From positions 5,010,001 to 5,042,000 of the forward strand of contig NC_008312.1 in NCBI RefSeq assembly GCF_000014265.1: DNA of 32,000 bases. Reading direction: 5' to 3'. The notes beneath the pieces were generated by a model. That model did not search any database and was not told the origin of the DNA. It saw nothing but the letters and a program-made list of their open reading frames with translations. Both the position numbers and the translations under genes were made by a program. This document shows, piece by piece, positions 1-9,189 of this stretch (within the stretch, counting starts at the first letter, position 1; every line of letters begins with the position of its first letter). This DNA is from Trichodesmium erythraeum IMS101. GTDB lineage: Bacteria; Cyanobacteriota; Cyanobacteriia; Cyanobacteriales; Microcoleaceae.

Positions 1-945
1 TGCTTCTTCAATTGCCTGATTTAATAATTCGCTAGGTGGAGTTAACTTAGTAATATTAGTTTGAAATTCAACAAAAGCTGATTGATCTTTAATTTCCTCA
101 ATATTTGTAAAAATTTCTGCTAATTTAATTCTGGCTCTAATTGATTTAGGAGTAGGATTAATTTGATTTAAAAAATCAATAATTTCGGGTAAAGTTTCAA
201 TCTGAAATTGTACATAAGTATCTAAATCACCAATTTCTTTAGTAAATTTGACTAGCAAACTAAGATTATTAATAGTTCCTTGAATTTGAACTGATTTGTC
301 AGTAGAAATACTGGCAGCTTCTTGATAATTAGATAAACTTTGATCAACTAGGGTTCGAAGCGCTCGTTCATCTTTTCCACTTCTACGATCGACAGCAATA
401 TTTTGAGCTTGAGAAAGCCTATTGTTACCTAAACTTATCAACAATTGAGCTTTAGTATTGTTAGAATTTACCCACTTATAACTTGCTTCTAATACCTTTT
501 CAGATAACTCCAATTTACCGAACGCCAGCAGTCCATTTCCTAAGATTTGTAACCCCTGAAAATTTAGGCTAGTATTTGATGTTTGAAACTTTTCCAGAAC
601 ATTTTCTAAGTCATTTTCAGTTAAGCGAGCGCATTCTAAATCATTGCCAAATGCTTTTAAGACAGTATTACACGAACGTTCATGAAAACCCAAACTGGTT
701 AAAGCTTGAGCTTGATTAATTTTGGTACCGATAATACCAGTTTGATTTTGATTTTGGCGATAAAGTTCCTCTGCTTTTTGCCAAATTTCTAATGCTGCTT
801 CTGCCTTTCCTTGTTGTAATAATTGAGTTCCTTCTTGAACTAGATGAGTGGCAGAAGATTCAGCTAAAGTGGGAGGTAAAACATTAATTCCCACAGTGAT
901 ACAGAAACTTAATAGAGTAATGGCGAGCAATTTTATGATCTTCAT
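1..945 (-). CDS. Secreted TPR-like repeat protein, first 315 codons only (3' end lies beyond window start). Candidate TPR+CHAT-family partner of the upstream TPS gene.
   Basis: Absent from the supplied ORF track because there is no stop in the window. I checked every plus-strand triplet in phase 1,4,7... from 1 to 945 and found no tta/cta/tca, so the minus frame is open. Start ATG is the complement of 943-945. Translation begins MKIIKLLAITLLSFCITVGINVLPPTLAESSATHLVQEGTQLLQQGKAEAALEIWQKAEELYRQNQNQTG..., a signal peptide followed by helical TPR-like repeats. A CHAT domain would lie outside the window and is not seen. Confidence 0.75.
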   Translation of the reverse strand, partial: MKIIKLLAITLLSFCITVGINVLPPTLAESSATHLVQEGTQLLQQGKAEAALEIWQKAEELYRQNQNQTGIIGTKINQAQALTSLGFHERSCNTVLKAFGNDLECARLTENDLENVLEKFQTSNTSLNFQGLQILGNGLLAFGKLELSEKVLEASYKWVNSNNTKAQLLISLGNNRLSQAQNIAVDRRSGKDERALRTLVDQSLSNYQEAASISTDKSVQIQGTINNLSLLVKFTKEIGDLDTYVQFQIETLPEIIDFLNQINPTPKSIRARIKLAEIFTNIEEIKDQSAFVEFQTNITKLTPPSELLNQAIEEA

Positions 946-1082
946 AATAAATAGATATAAATATCTAAACAATAAAGGGTGTGTTGGGTTTCACTTCGTT
1001 CTACTTTCGGAACTACTTTCAACTACTTTCAACTGGTGTGTCATACTTACCTAAGCTTCATCCCGTCAGTTTACCTCCCTGC

Positions 1083-4000
1083 TCAAAAAGAAAAAGGAGT
1101 AGTAGAAAAAGAAAAATAAAACCCTTCCTCCTGAGCCGTTTTATCTCGCGAGTCCACATCCACTAAAGGAATTCCATAATCTAAGCGCATATTTATCTTC
1201 TCCCATAAATTTACCTGCAACCCCACCCCGGCCGCCGCCAAAGCCTTACTTCCTTCCTCCTCTTTACTATCACTATTCCATGCTACCCCCCCATCAATAA
1301 ACGGCACTACCTGAAATAATCTATTTTTTCCAGATATCCAGGGCACGGGCAACCGCAACTCCACTGTTCCTAACGCTCCATTATCTGTCAAGCGAGTATC
1401 CTGACGATAAGCTCTCACGTTTCGATAACCCCCTAAACCAAACCTTTCCTGAGGCACCAAATCAGATGGAGATAACTGTAGATCTGCTCCCATCAACAAC
1501 AAAGTATTTTTGCCTAACTCACGCACCCATTGTCCTTGACCCCGCCAATAAAAAAATCGACCATCTGGTTCATTACTATTCTTTGTAGCATCCAATATTC
1601 CCAACCCTACATTCAACTGAGAATGAAACGCCAAAACTTGATTTTTTCCCCGTAGTTCATAATCTTGGAAAAGCTGCAAAATTGATAACTTCGTTTCCCC
1701 ATTTTTATCAGCACCCTCAGATAATGGATAATTCTCTCCTAATATAGAAGTTTGACTATCTCGCTTTATTGCAGATAAACCCAAACTTAAAGTTTGCCAG
1801 GGTGTTTGCATTATTGGTTGACTAAATGATAACTTGTAAGTATTTGAATTTGACTCAATATCAAGTCTTTCAAAAGGTGATTCTACCACCTTATTATCTC
1901 TGTGGCGATAAAATAGTTCGATACGACCATTACTGGAGTTCACAGGAATAGCATAAGATACTTCTACCATATCGCTGCCATCAGTATTAGTATAGAGAGC
2001 ACTTAAACTGTCTCCAATACCTGTAACATTTCTATGGTCTACCTCTACCCCTCGCCTGAATGTTCCCACACTTGGTGCCCTGCCATTATTACTGATAGTT
2101 TCTATTTGCCAGGGGTTAGCTGTTTCTATTCTTATGTCTAACCTACTTGTATCTGGGCGGACTCCGGATGAAAGTTCCGCAGATAGAGTTTTGACTAAAG
2201 GGTCTATTTGTAATATTTGTAGGGCAGACAACAACTTTTCTTGATTCAGAGGAGCCGTGGTGGCTTTTTCTAACCGACTTTTGATATAATTTTCATTTAA
2301 TCTACCTTGGATATTGACATTGATTTCACCAACTTTTCCTTCCACTACTCGGAGGGTGACTGTGCCATTTTCAGCCATAGTTTGGGGAGGAATAAATGCT
2401 CCCGATGTGATGTAGTTGTTTTTGGTATAATATTTTGTAATGGCAGTGCGTGCTGCTATGAGTTGAGCAAAGGTAATGGGTTTATTTAGATAAGGTGTGA
2501 GTTGTTGTTGTAGCTCTTGGTTGCTAAATTTTGTGTTACCCTCAAAGTTGAATTGTTTGATAGTAACTTTTAGAGGTTCAGAAGTTGAGGTGGGAATATT
2601 TCCCTTACTGCTTGCGAGTAGATAGGGTGGGGGTTCAAAGGTGTCTAATTGTTCGCAGTTGGGAGGTATTAACCAAGGGGAGGTGGGAGTAGCAGTTTCG
2701 GGGTCAGTGATCAGTTCAATACCTTGAGAATTAGAGCTCCAACCTTGTGCTTCAATGAACTCTTGCTCTGATGGAGTGATAGCTGGTGGAGGAGTAACTG
2801 AGGTTTCTGAGTCTTGCCAGACGTAGGTGGGAGCCAAGGGTTCTTCGAGAGTTGGTGGTAAGCCGCCTCTTCCTGTAATGATGAATTTGCTTTTTTGTCC
2901 TTGTCGGCAAGGGTTTTGGTCGAGGAGGTTGGAGATATCTGGGACGGTATCCTCAAATTCTATCAGTCCGTCACTAGGATCTACATCGGGGGTGTTGATA
3001 TTGACTTCTCCACTGAATGAAGCTCCTAATTCTGAGGTGGCGGTGATGTCGCTTTTGTCTGTTGCTTCAGTACGGAATTCTGTGCCGAATATGCCGGCTG
3101 CGGTGATGTTGACTCGGCCTCCAAATGCCTCGACAGCATTAGCAGAGATGTCGCTGTTGTCTGGGGCAACTAGGTTTTCCGTATTAATGGTAATATTACC
3201 TCCAGTAGCCGTGCCTTCAGAATTAGTGGTGATGTTGCTGTTGTTACGCAGGATGAGGTCTTTATTATTATTGATGGTAATGCTGCCTTCACCTGCTTTG
3301 GTTTCAGCTTTGAGGCTAGCTTGGTTTTCGAGGCGGATGTTGTTGCTGTTTATTATTAAGTCACCTGCAGCTTGTTGGGTAGCAGAGGTGACTATAATTT
3401 CGGCTTCGTTCCGGAGGTTGAGGGTTTCGGTGTTGATGGTTATGGTTCCTGCTGCTCCTGTTGATTCTTTTTTTGCTTCTGCGGTTAAGCTACTGAAGGA
3501 TTTACCATCAGGAGATTTGCCTATTATTTCTATATCTCTAGCAGAGACTATTAAATTCCCTGCATTTCCCTGACCAGAAGTCTTGGTAGAAATAAAAGCT
3601 CCATCTTGCAGCGTTAAACTTTCTGCAGCTTTCACCGTTAAATTCCCTCCGTTACCTTGACCCAAAGTTTCTGCAGACAACATAGTAGAATAACCAATGA
3701 GTATATCTCTAGCAGACACTGTTAAATTCCCTGCATTTCCCTGACTCAAAGTAGTCGTAGAAATAATGGCTCCATCTTGCAGCGTTAAACTTTCTGCAGC
3801 TTTCACCGTTAAATTCCCTCCGTTACCTTGATCAACACTAACACTAACCAAACCACCGAAAAAGTCCCCACCATTCATTTCTATGTCTTTAGCAAACACT
3901 GTTAAATTCCCTCCATTTCCCTGACCCAAAGTAGTCGTAGAAATAAACGCTCCAGGATCCAGCGTTAAACTTTCTGTTTCTACCGTCAACTCCCCGACAT

Positions 4001-5132
4001 TTCCCTTACCGTAAGTGATAAGAATAATAGCACTGTTAGTCTTATTAATGTTTAAAGCTTCTCCTGCTTCGAGCTTATCAGAAAATAAAGACACGTTGAA
4101 TGATGATGTAATATTATTCTCAAAAGGTATTCTACCTTCTATTATAATAGACTTAGATGCTTTAAGAATTGAAGCCCCCCCACCTTCATCGCCTTTAATC
4201 TCTCCTACTATTATTGAAGCATCTCGCACTTTTATCTCTTCTCCTTGAATTTGAAACTCAACTCTTCCACTTCCACTTACATCTATAGAACTCTCTTCAG
4301 ATATTAGAATTTGGCCAAATTTCAGGTTTGGATCATAGCTAAGGGTTTGGTCTTTCGTGATTCCTACTACCCCATTGTGAACACTTCCTAATTCAACACG
4401 TCCTCCAATTGATGTGAGGTTTCCTCCCCTCAAAAATATATCACCACCAACTAACCCTAAGGTTTGGCCTTGGGAAACTTCCAACCCTAGATTCCTGTCC
4501 TCTTTTTCTAATCTTGCTATTCCGTCTTTTGGGTTTAGATAAAAATTTATGTTATGACCTTGACCCTCAACCAAAATACTACCAGGGTTTTCGGGCAACC
4601 TCAACCCAATGGGAACATTAACTGTCAGTAGTGGGGGCGCTTGAGGGTCTGAACTAGCAAATTCAAATCCATTTTTAAATAAGATACTATCGGCAGTAGC
4701 TCCATAGAATGAACCTTGGACATCTAATTTAGCTTCTGGCCCAAAGATTATGCCATTGGGGTTAATGAAAAATAAATCAGCTTTTCCATCTACACCCAAG
4801 GTTCCTAATATGTTAGAGCCATTGTTTCCTGTGACCCGAGTCAGGATATTTTGAACTCCATCAGGGTTGCTAAAGTAAACCCCTCGTCCCTGTTGAATGT
4901 TGAATTCTTGAAAACTGTGGAATAGGTTGGCCCCTCTTTGGGCCCCGCCATCTATGCGATCGCTTTCTATCCCTTTAATATTGATATTCGGTGTGACGAC
5001 AGAATTTTCTTCTCCCAATGTATTATCTGGTTGAAGTTGAGCGATCGCCGATGAAATATCAACCCCAAAATATCCCAGAGTCAAAGATAGCGGAACAATT
5101 CTGAGGAATAGATTTTTGTAAAAAAAAAGCAT
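1083..5132 (-). CDS. Fused two-partner-secretion protein (1349 aa): signal peptide, TPS (haemagglutination-activity) domain, repetitive beta-helix passenger, Pro-rich linker, POTRA, and ShlB/FhaC/HecB-type outer-membrane barrel
   Basis: Single uninterrupted ORF. The N-terminus MLFFYKNLFLRIVPLSLTLGYFGVDISSAIAQ is a signal peptide. TPS hallmarks FSNPDGVQNILTRVTGNNGSNILGTL and FFINPNGIIFG lie at approx nt 4653-5030. GQGN(G/A)GNLTV beta-helix repeats span approx nt 2950-4000. CRQGQKSKFIITGRGGLPP is followed by a P/T/S-rich linker. A POTRA-like segment LKVTIKQFNFEGNTKFSNQEL...VVEGKVGEINV lies at nt 2316-2573. The barrel ends ...FYFSFSTTPFSF with a terminal aromatic beta-signal. Confidence 0.9.
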   Translation of the reverse strand: MLFFYKNLFLRIVPLSLTLGYFGVDISSAIAQLQPDNTLGEENSVVTPNINIKGIESDRIDGGAQRGANLFHSFQEFNIQQGRGVYFSNPDGVQNILTRVTGNNGSNILGTLGVDGKADLFFINPNGIIFGPEAKLDVQGSFYGATADSILFKNGFEFASSDPQAPPLLTVNVPIGLRLPENPGSILVEGQGHNINFYLNPKDGIARLEKEDRNLGLEVSQGQTLGLVGGDIFLRGGNLTSIGGRVELGSVHNGVVGITKDQTLSYDPNLKFGQILISEESSIDVSGSGRVEFQIQGEEIKVRDASIIVGEIKGDEGGGASILKASKSIIIEGRIPFENNITSSFNVSLFSDKLEAGEALNINKTNSAIILITYGKGNVGELTVETESLTLDPGAFISTTTLGQGNGGNLTVFAKDIEMNGGDFFGGLVSVSVDQGNGGNLTVKAAESLTLQDGAIISTTTLSQGNAGNLTVSARDILIGYSTMLSAETLGQGNGGNLTVKAAESLTLQDGAFISTKTSGQGNAGNLIVSARDIEIIGKSPDGKSFSSLTAEAKKESTGAAGTITINTETLNLRNEAEIIVTSATQQAAGDLIINSNNIRLENQASLKAETKAGEGSITINNNKDLILRNNSNITTNSEGTATGGNITINTENLVAPDNSDISANAVEAFGGRVNITAAGIFGTEFRTEATDKSDITATSELGASFSGEVNINTPDVDPSDGLIEFEDTVPDISNLLDQNPCRQGQKSKFIITGRGGLPPTLEEPLAPTYVWQDSETSVTPPPAITPSEQEFIEAQGWSSNSQGIELITDPETATPTSPWLIPPNCEQLDTFEPPPYLLASSKGNIPTSTSEPLKVTIKQFNFEGNTKFSNQELQQQLTPYLNKPITFAQLIAARTAITKYYTKNNYITSGAFIPPQTMAENGTVTLRVVEGKVGEINVNIQGRLNENYIKSRLEKATTAPLNQEKLLSALQILQIDPLVKTLSAELSSGVRPDTSRLDIRIETANPWQIETISNNGRAPSVGTFRRGVEVDHRNVTGIGDSLSALYTNTDGSDMVEVSYAIPVNSSNGRIELFYRHRDNKVVESPFERLDIESNSNTYKLSFSQPIMQTPWQTLSLGLSAIKRDSQTSILGENYPLSEGADKNGETKLSILQLFQDYELRGKNQVLAFHSQLNVGLGILDATKNSNEPDGRFFYWRGQGQWVRELGKNTLLLMGADLQLSPSDLVPQERFGLGGYRNVRAYRQDTRLTDNGALGTVELRLPVPWISGKNRLFQVVPFIDGGVAWNSDSKEEEGSKALAAAGVGLQVNLWEKINMRLDYGIPLVDVDSRDKTAQEEGFYFSFSTTPFSF
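3541..3980. repeat. Intragenic tandem repeat, about 171-180 bp x ~2.5 copies, inside the beta-helix region of the TPS fusion gene
   Basis: ttaaattccctgcatttccctgac starts at 3551 and again at 3722 (period 171). A third variant, ttaaattccctccatttccctgac, starts at 3902. Long stretches are near-identical (ccatcttgcagcgttaaactttctgcagctttcaccgttaaattccctccgttaccttga occurs twice). At protein level the 57-aa unit QGNGGNLTVKAAESLTLQDGA(I/F)IST.. is repeated. Confidence 0.85.
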
Positions 5133-5197
5133 CTTAAGAGTAAAAGTAAATCAACAGTAAGTAAGAACCATAAGTTCTTAACTTCAACATTTACTTA

Positions 5198-5231
5198 GGA
5201 TAACTATTAAAGCCGGATAACTATTAAAGCC
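5198..5231. repeat. Perfect 17-bp tandem duplication (ggataactattaaagcc x2) upstream of the TPS fusion gene
   Basis: Read directly: 5198-5214 and 5215-5231 are identical. Confidence 0.9.
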
Positions 5232-5548
5232 AGTTCCATAAACTCCATGAAAGATGTCCCAAATTATTTTAATTTTCTAAACATTATATGCAAAAACTTA
5301 AAATAAGAAAACTTCAGACTAACTAAAATAACATAATCCTAACCATCAAGATTTCCAGATGGCCTTTTCTTCGTAAAGTAATAAAGTAATTACGAACCAA
5401 CAAATATATAAAAGGTCTAGATACTCTATAAAAGTAGTAACTATGATCAGGACTAAGATCATATTAGAGTCACCTCAAGCAATTCATCCCTCCCAGTTTT
5501 AGGATAGATAAAATCCAACTTACCTAAATAATTTTCTGTAGCCAGGCC

Positions 5549-5577
5549 TTGACTTTTATTAAAAAACGTAGTATAAT
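5549..5577 (+). promoter_or_regulatory. Near-consensus sigma70-type promoter candidate (TTGACT, 17-nt spacer, TATAAT) in ORF-free DNA
   Basis: -35 ttgact at 5549-5554, a spacer of exactly 17 nt (5555-5571), and -10 tataat at 5572-5577. It points toward rseP about 1 kb downstream, with no ORF of 60 aa or more in between on that strand. AT-rich DNA gives many chance -10 boxes, so confidence is low. Confidence 0.3.
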
Positions 5578-6573
5578 TATATCTTACACTTATAAATAAA
5601 CAAAGTATTTATACCAACATAACAAACTAAATAAATTTCCATCAATAACCATTAGCAAAATCAATACAAAAAACCGAAGGTATTAACCTGTTTTTTAATC
5701 TCAAGTCACTCGCACCTAGTTAGAATTGGCAGAACATTTTTTATTGCCTTCGACCAACGAAACCATAGGAGAGACCTTTGGAAGAGCGATCGCCAACCAT
5801 TAACCAGAAAACTCAGATGAATTATAAGATATGCTCGTTTATCGTGATAGCTGAAATTTATGGAACAGAGGGAATTCCTAGCAGGAGTTAAGCTGCTTTC
5901 ACTCTTTGCCTCAAACTAGAAATTTTGATAGTGCTAAACAAGTAATAATTGATCATACTGATGAATGAAATACCAAATTGTACCAATATTATTTTCCACA
6001 AACGACACAAAAGGCAAAGTTTTTTTGTACTAGCCTGCATACCCTTTATCTTAAAGTATTATTGAATCTTTCAATGCCAAGAAATCTTTCCTTTTTCTTT
6101 TCCTACTGCTTGATATCTTTTACTAGGTAAAACAGCACTTAACGCCACAAAAAAATTAGTGTATGCAAGCCTACCTCCTGCAAAGCTACCCCCAATGCAC
6201 AAAAGTAGCTTAGTCAATAAGTTTCTGAGTAGGGTTTTGCAAAATTTTTCCGGCACTGCTGCCCTTAAACCGCTGCTTAACATTATAAATATGACTATTT
6301 TTGACAGTTTTTGAAGATTCACACTTTGAACAGGTCAGCATAGATCAACAACAGTAACTTTTACTCCTCTATTCATAAATCTTGAGCACTACCACCTTTT
6401 TATATTAAAGCCCGTAGAAGGGGTTGAGCTATAAGATAGATAGACCTTATATTTTATGATAAACCATATACCTTATTTATTACTTAATTTATTAGAATTA
6501 ACTCAACTTGAGATGAATTAATGTATAATAAAATTTTAACCGTTTATAGTAGGAAGTTTAATAGGAATAACTC

Positions 6574-7668
6574 ATGTCCGTATTGCTAGCGATCGCAGTT
6601 TTAGGTATTCTAATTGTAGTTCACGAGTTAGGCCATTTTATGGCAGCTCGACTTCAAAACATCCATGTTAACCGTTTTTCCATCGGGTTTGGCCCGGTCA
6701 TCTGGAAATACCAAGGCCCACAAACTGAATATGCACTTCGAGGTTTTCCCTTAGGAGGTTTTGTCGGTTTTCCCGATGATGACCCAGACAGCAAAATACC
6801 CAAAGACGATCCAGACCTATTACGCAACCGCCCAATTTTAGATCGAGCGATCGTTCTCAGTGCAGGAGTAATTGCTAACCTAATATTTGCTTATTTTCTC
6901 TTAGTTACTCAAGTAGGTATTATTGGTGTAGCAGATTTTAACTATGCACCTGGAGTCAAAGTGCCAGAAGTTGCTACAAGTGTTAGTTCTGCTGCCGCTC
7001 GCGCAGGCATTAAGGCAAATGATATTATTTTGTCAGTTGATAACCAACAATTAGGTGCCAACAAAAAAGCTATTAGCACCTTGGTAGCAACTATTCAAAA
7101 TAATCCCAATAGAACTTTGAAGATGGAAATTCAGCGTCAAGAAGAAAAAATATTTCTTGAAGTTACACCAGAATTAGGAGATGATAGCAAAGGTCGTATC
7201 GGTGTACAACTAATTTCCAATGGAGAAATAGTTAGATATCCTACGAAAAATGTTTTTAAAGCTTTGAGCATTGGTGCTGAAGAATTTCAAAAAATAGTTA
7301 TATTGACAGTTCGTGGTTTTTGGCAGCTTATTAGTAATTTCAGTCAGACTGCAGGGAAACTAGCAGGACCTGTTGCCATTGTAGACATGGGAGCAAAAAT
7401 TGCTCAGGATAACGTGGGTGAACTGTTTAAATTTGGCGCATTAATTAGTATTAATTTGGCAGTGATTAATATTTTGCCTTTGCCTGCTTTAGATGGTGGT
7501 CAATTAGCATTTCTAGTGATCGAGGGAGTTAGAGGTAAACCTTTACCACTTCGTATCCAAGAAAATGTCATGCAAACTGGTTTGGTATTGTTATTAGGTC
7601 TAGGAGTATTCCTGATAATTCGGGATACTGCTAATTTAGATGGTGTGCGTTCAATTTTTCAGAGATAA
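6574..7668 (+). CDS. rseP: RIP (site-2) zinc metalloprotease, M50 family, RseP-like with PDZ domain
   Basis: HELGH (HExxH) lies in the first TM helix (VVHELGHFMAARL). The central segment is PDZ-like (AAARAGIKANDIILSVDNQQL). The C-terminal motif NILPLPALDGG is present, and the protein has several hydrophobic segments. Confidence 0.9.
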   Translation: MSVLLAIAVLGILIVVHELGHFMAARLQNIHVNRFSIGFGPVIWKYQGPQTEYALRGFPLGGFVGFPDDDPDSKIPKDDPDLLRNRPILDRAIVLSAGVIANLIFAYFLLVTQVGIIGVADFNYAPGVKVPEVATSVSSAAARAGIKANDIILSVDNQQLGANKKAISTLVATIQNNPNRTLKMEIQRQEEKIFLEVTPELGDDSKGRIGVQLISNGEIVRYPTKNVFKALSIGAEEFQKIVILTVRGFWQLISNFSQTAGKLAGPVAIVDMGAKIAQDNVGELFKFGALISINLAVINILPLPALDGGQLAFLVIEGVRGKPLPLRIQENVMQTGLVLLLGLGVFLIIRDTANLDGVRSIFQR

Positions 7669-7679
7669 GCGTAGAAATA

Positions 7680-7775
7680 ATAGCACTACACAGAAGTCAT
7701 AAATCAGAAGTTATAAGTCATGATAAGTAAATTTGAGCATTTATAAACTTCTGGGCTTTATTTGTGTAGTGCTAT
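7680..7775. repeat. Long imperfect inverted repeat / hairpin (13-bp outer arms plus 5-bp inner stem) starting 12 nt after the rseP stop. Possible terminator or MITE-like element.
   Basis: atagcactacaca (7680-7692) is the exact reverse complement of tgtgtagtgctat (7763-7775). The inner gaagt (7693-7697) pairs with acttc (7747-7751). No T-tract follows the right arm. Confidence 0.55.
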
Positions 7776-8087
7776 AAAATTCAAAGATTAAAAATATTAA
7801 TAGCTAAGGTTTTGATGATTTTGTTGACTACTACACAAATATACAGCAATTTTGAGATATAATTATCTCAGCTCAAAACCAAAACCCAGCAGGAATGTTC
7901 CATGGAAAATCCCTACCGTGGTATGCTAATTATGAAAACCACTTTAATGGTTGAAATATTAATAATATAAGCGTTTTATCTACACCATAGGCATAATATT
8001 TACCTACGGGAGCAAGATACTGTCACTGACAAACCATTAAATATTGACATACCGTACTTTCTTCCTGTTCCTTCTCCATTCCTGACA

Positions 8088-8741
8088 ATGGTAACAACTC
8101 GTAAACATTCACTGAAGCGACAGCGATCGTTAGAATTACTCATTCGTCTCAAGGATCTCTATCCAGATGCGACTTGTACTCTCACTTATAAAACCCCCGT
8201 CCAGTTACTTGTAGCTACTATTCTTTCCGCTCAATGTACTGATGAACGAGTTAATAAGGTTACACCCGCTCTATTTAAAAAGTTCCCGGATGCTCTAGCA
8301 CTGGCAAATGCAGATCTTGAAGAACTAGAAAATTTAGTCCGTTCCACAGGATTTTATCGCAATAAAGCTAAAAATATTCAAAGTGCTTGCCAAATGATTA
8401 TTGATAAGTTCAATTCTCACGTTCCCAAGCAAATGGAACAACTTTTGCAATTACCAGGAGTAGCGAGGAAAACAGCTAATGTTGTTTTAGCTCATGGCTA
8501 CGGAATTATTGTCGGGGTAACAGTAGATACTCATGTTAAACGCTTAAGTCAAAGGTTGGGTTTAACCGAGCATTCCAACCCAGTTAAAATTGAGCGAGAC
8601 TTAATGGAGTTGATACCTCAGCCTGATTGGGAAAACTGGTCAATACGATTAATTTATCATGGTCGGGCAATTTGTAAAGCCAAAAATCCTGCCTGCAATC
8701 AATGTTTATTGGCTGATTTATGTCCAACGGTTGTAGAGTAA
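8088..8741 (+). CDS. nth: Endonuclease III (DNA-(apurinic or apyrimidinic site) lyase / glycosylase)
   Basis: HhH-GPD signature LPGVARKTANVVL, followed by VDTHVKR. The C-terminal 4Fe-4S ligand spacing C-x6-C-x2-C-x5-C is present in CKAKNPACNQCLLADLC. Confidence 0.93.
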   Translation: MVTTRKHSLKRQRSLELLIRLKDLYPDATCTLTYKTPVQLLVATILSAQCTDERVNKVTPALFKKFPDALALANADLEELENLVRSTGFYRNKAKNIQSACQMIIDKFNSHVPKQMEQLLQLPGVARKTANVVLAHGYGIIVGVTVDTHVKRLSQRLGLTEHSNPVKIERDLMELIPQPDWENWSIRLIYHGRAICKAKNPACNQCLLADLCPTVVE

Positions 8742-8840
8742 AAAATTGAGTAATCAAAAAAATTATGGTATTATAATATATTGGGTAAATAAGCTAAAAT
8801 TAAAAATACTAATTATTTTGGAGGAATAAGGTAATTAATC

Positions 8841-9143
8841 ATGGCTAAAAAAAGTATGATCGAGCGTGAGAAAAAACGCAAAAAATTAGTAGAAAAATAT
8901 GCCGAGAAACGTCGAGAACTCAAAGAGCAATTTATGAAGGCAGAAGATTTAGAGCAGAAAATAGAACTTCATCGTCAAATTCAGAGACTACCTCGTAACA
9001 GTGCTCCTAGTCGTGTTAGGAATCGTTGTTGGTTAACTGGACGTCCAAGAGGATTTTATCGGGATTTTGGACTCTCTCGTAATGTCATCCGAGAAATGGC
9101 CCATGAAGGTTTATTGCCAGGAGTTGTGAAGTCTAGCTGGTAG
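8841..9143 (+). CDS. rpsN: 30S ribosomal protein S14 (long, non-zinc form)
   Basis: [20 protein letters not shown]...[41 protein letters not shown] is a classic 100-aa S14. A GGAGG-like RBS (ttggaggaataagg) lies upstream. Confidence 0.95.
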   Translation: MAKKSMIEREKKRKKLVEKYAEKRRELKEQFMKAEDLEQKIELHRQIQRLPRNSAPSRVRNRCWLTGRPRGFYRDFGLSRNVIREMAHEGLLPGVVKSSW

Positions 9144-9165
9144 TTTCTACCTTTCTGGCCACCCA

Positions 9166-9189
9166 TAGGGGTTTGAGATAAAACCCCTA
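9166..9189. terminator. Hairpin between the convergent genes rpsN and the 109-aa gene (possible bidirectional terminator)
   Basis: taggggttt (9166-9174), loop gagata, then aaaccccta (9181-9189): a 9-bp perfect stem. There is no clear U-tract on either strand. Confidence 0.35.

Noticed and set aside
848-1166. ORFs 848-1054 and 981-1166 (+)
   Set aside because: They overlap the 5' end of the minus-strand TPR gene, the intergenic region and the 3' end of the TPS gene. They have no motifs and are antisense to well-supported genes.
2307-4248. Plus-strand ORFs inside the TPS fusion gene (2307-2489, 2827-3573 at 248 aa, 4015-4248) and the minus-strand off-frame ORF 2711-2956
   Set aside because: These are shadow ORFs on the opposite strand or in another frame of a strongly supported 1349-aa gene. 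Their translations are low-complexity (L/S/V/M-rich), as expected from reading the repeats in the wrong frame.
6071-6322. 83-aa minus-strand ORF in the 1.44-kb gap
   Set aside because: It has a GTG start, no RBS and no recognisable motif, and it is isolated. I cannot distinguish it from chance, so it is mentioned only as part of the slightly GC-richer patch.
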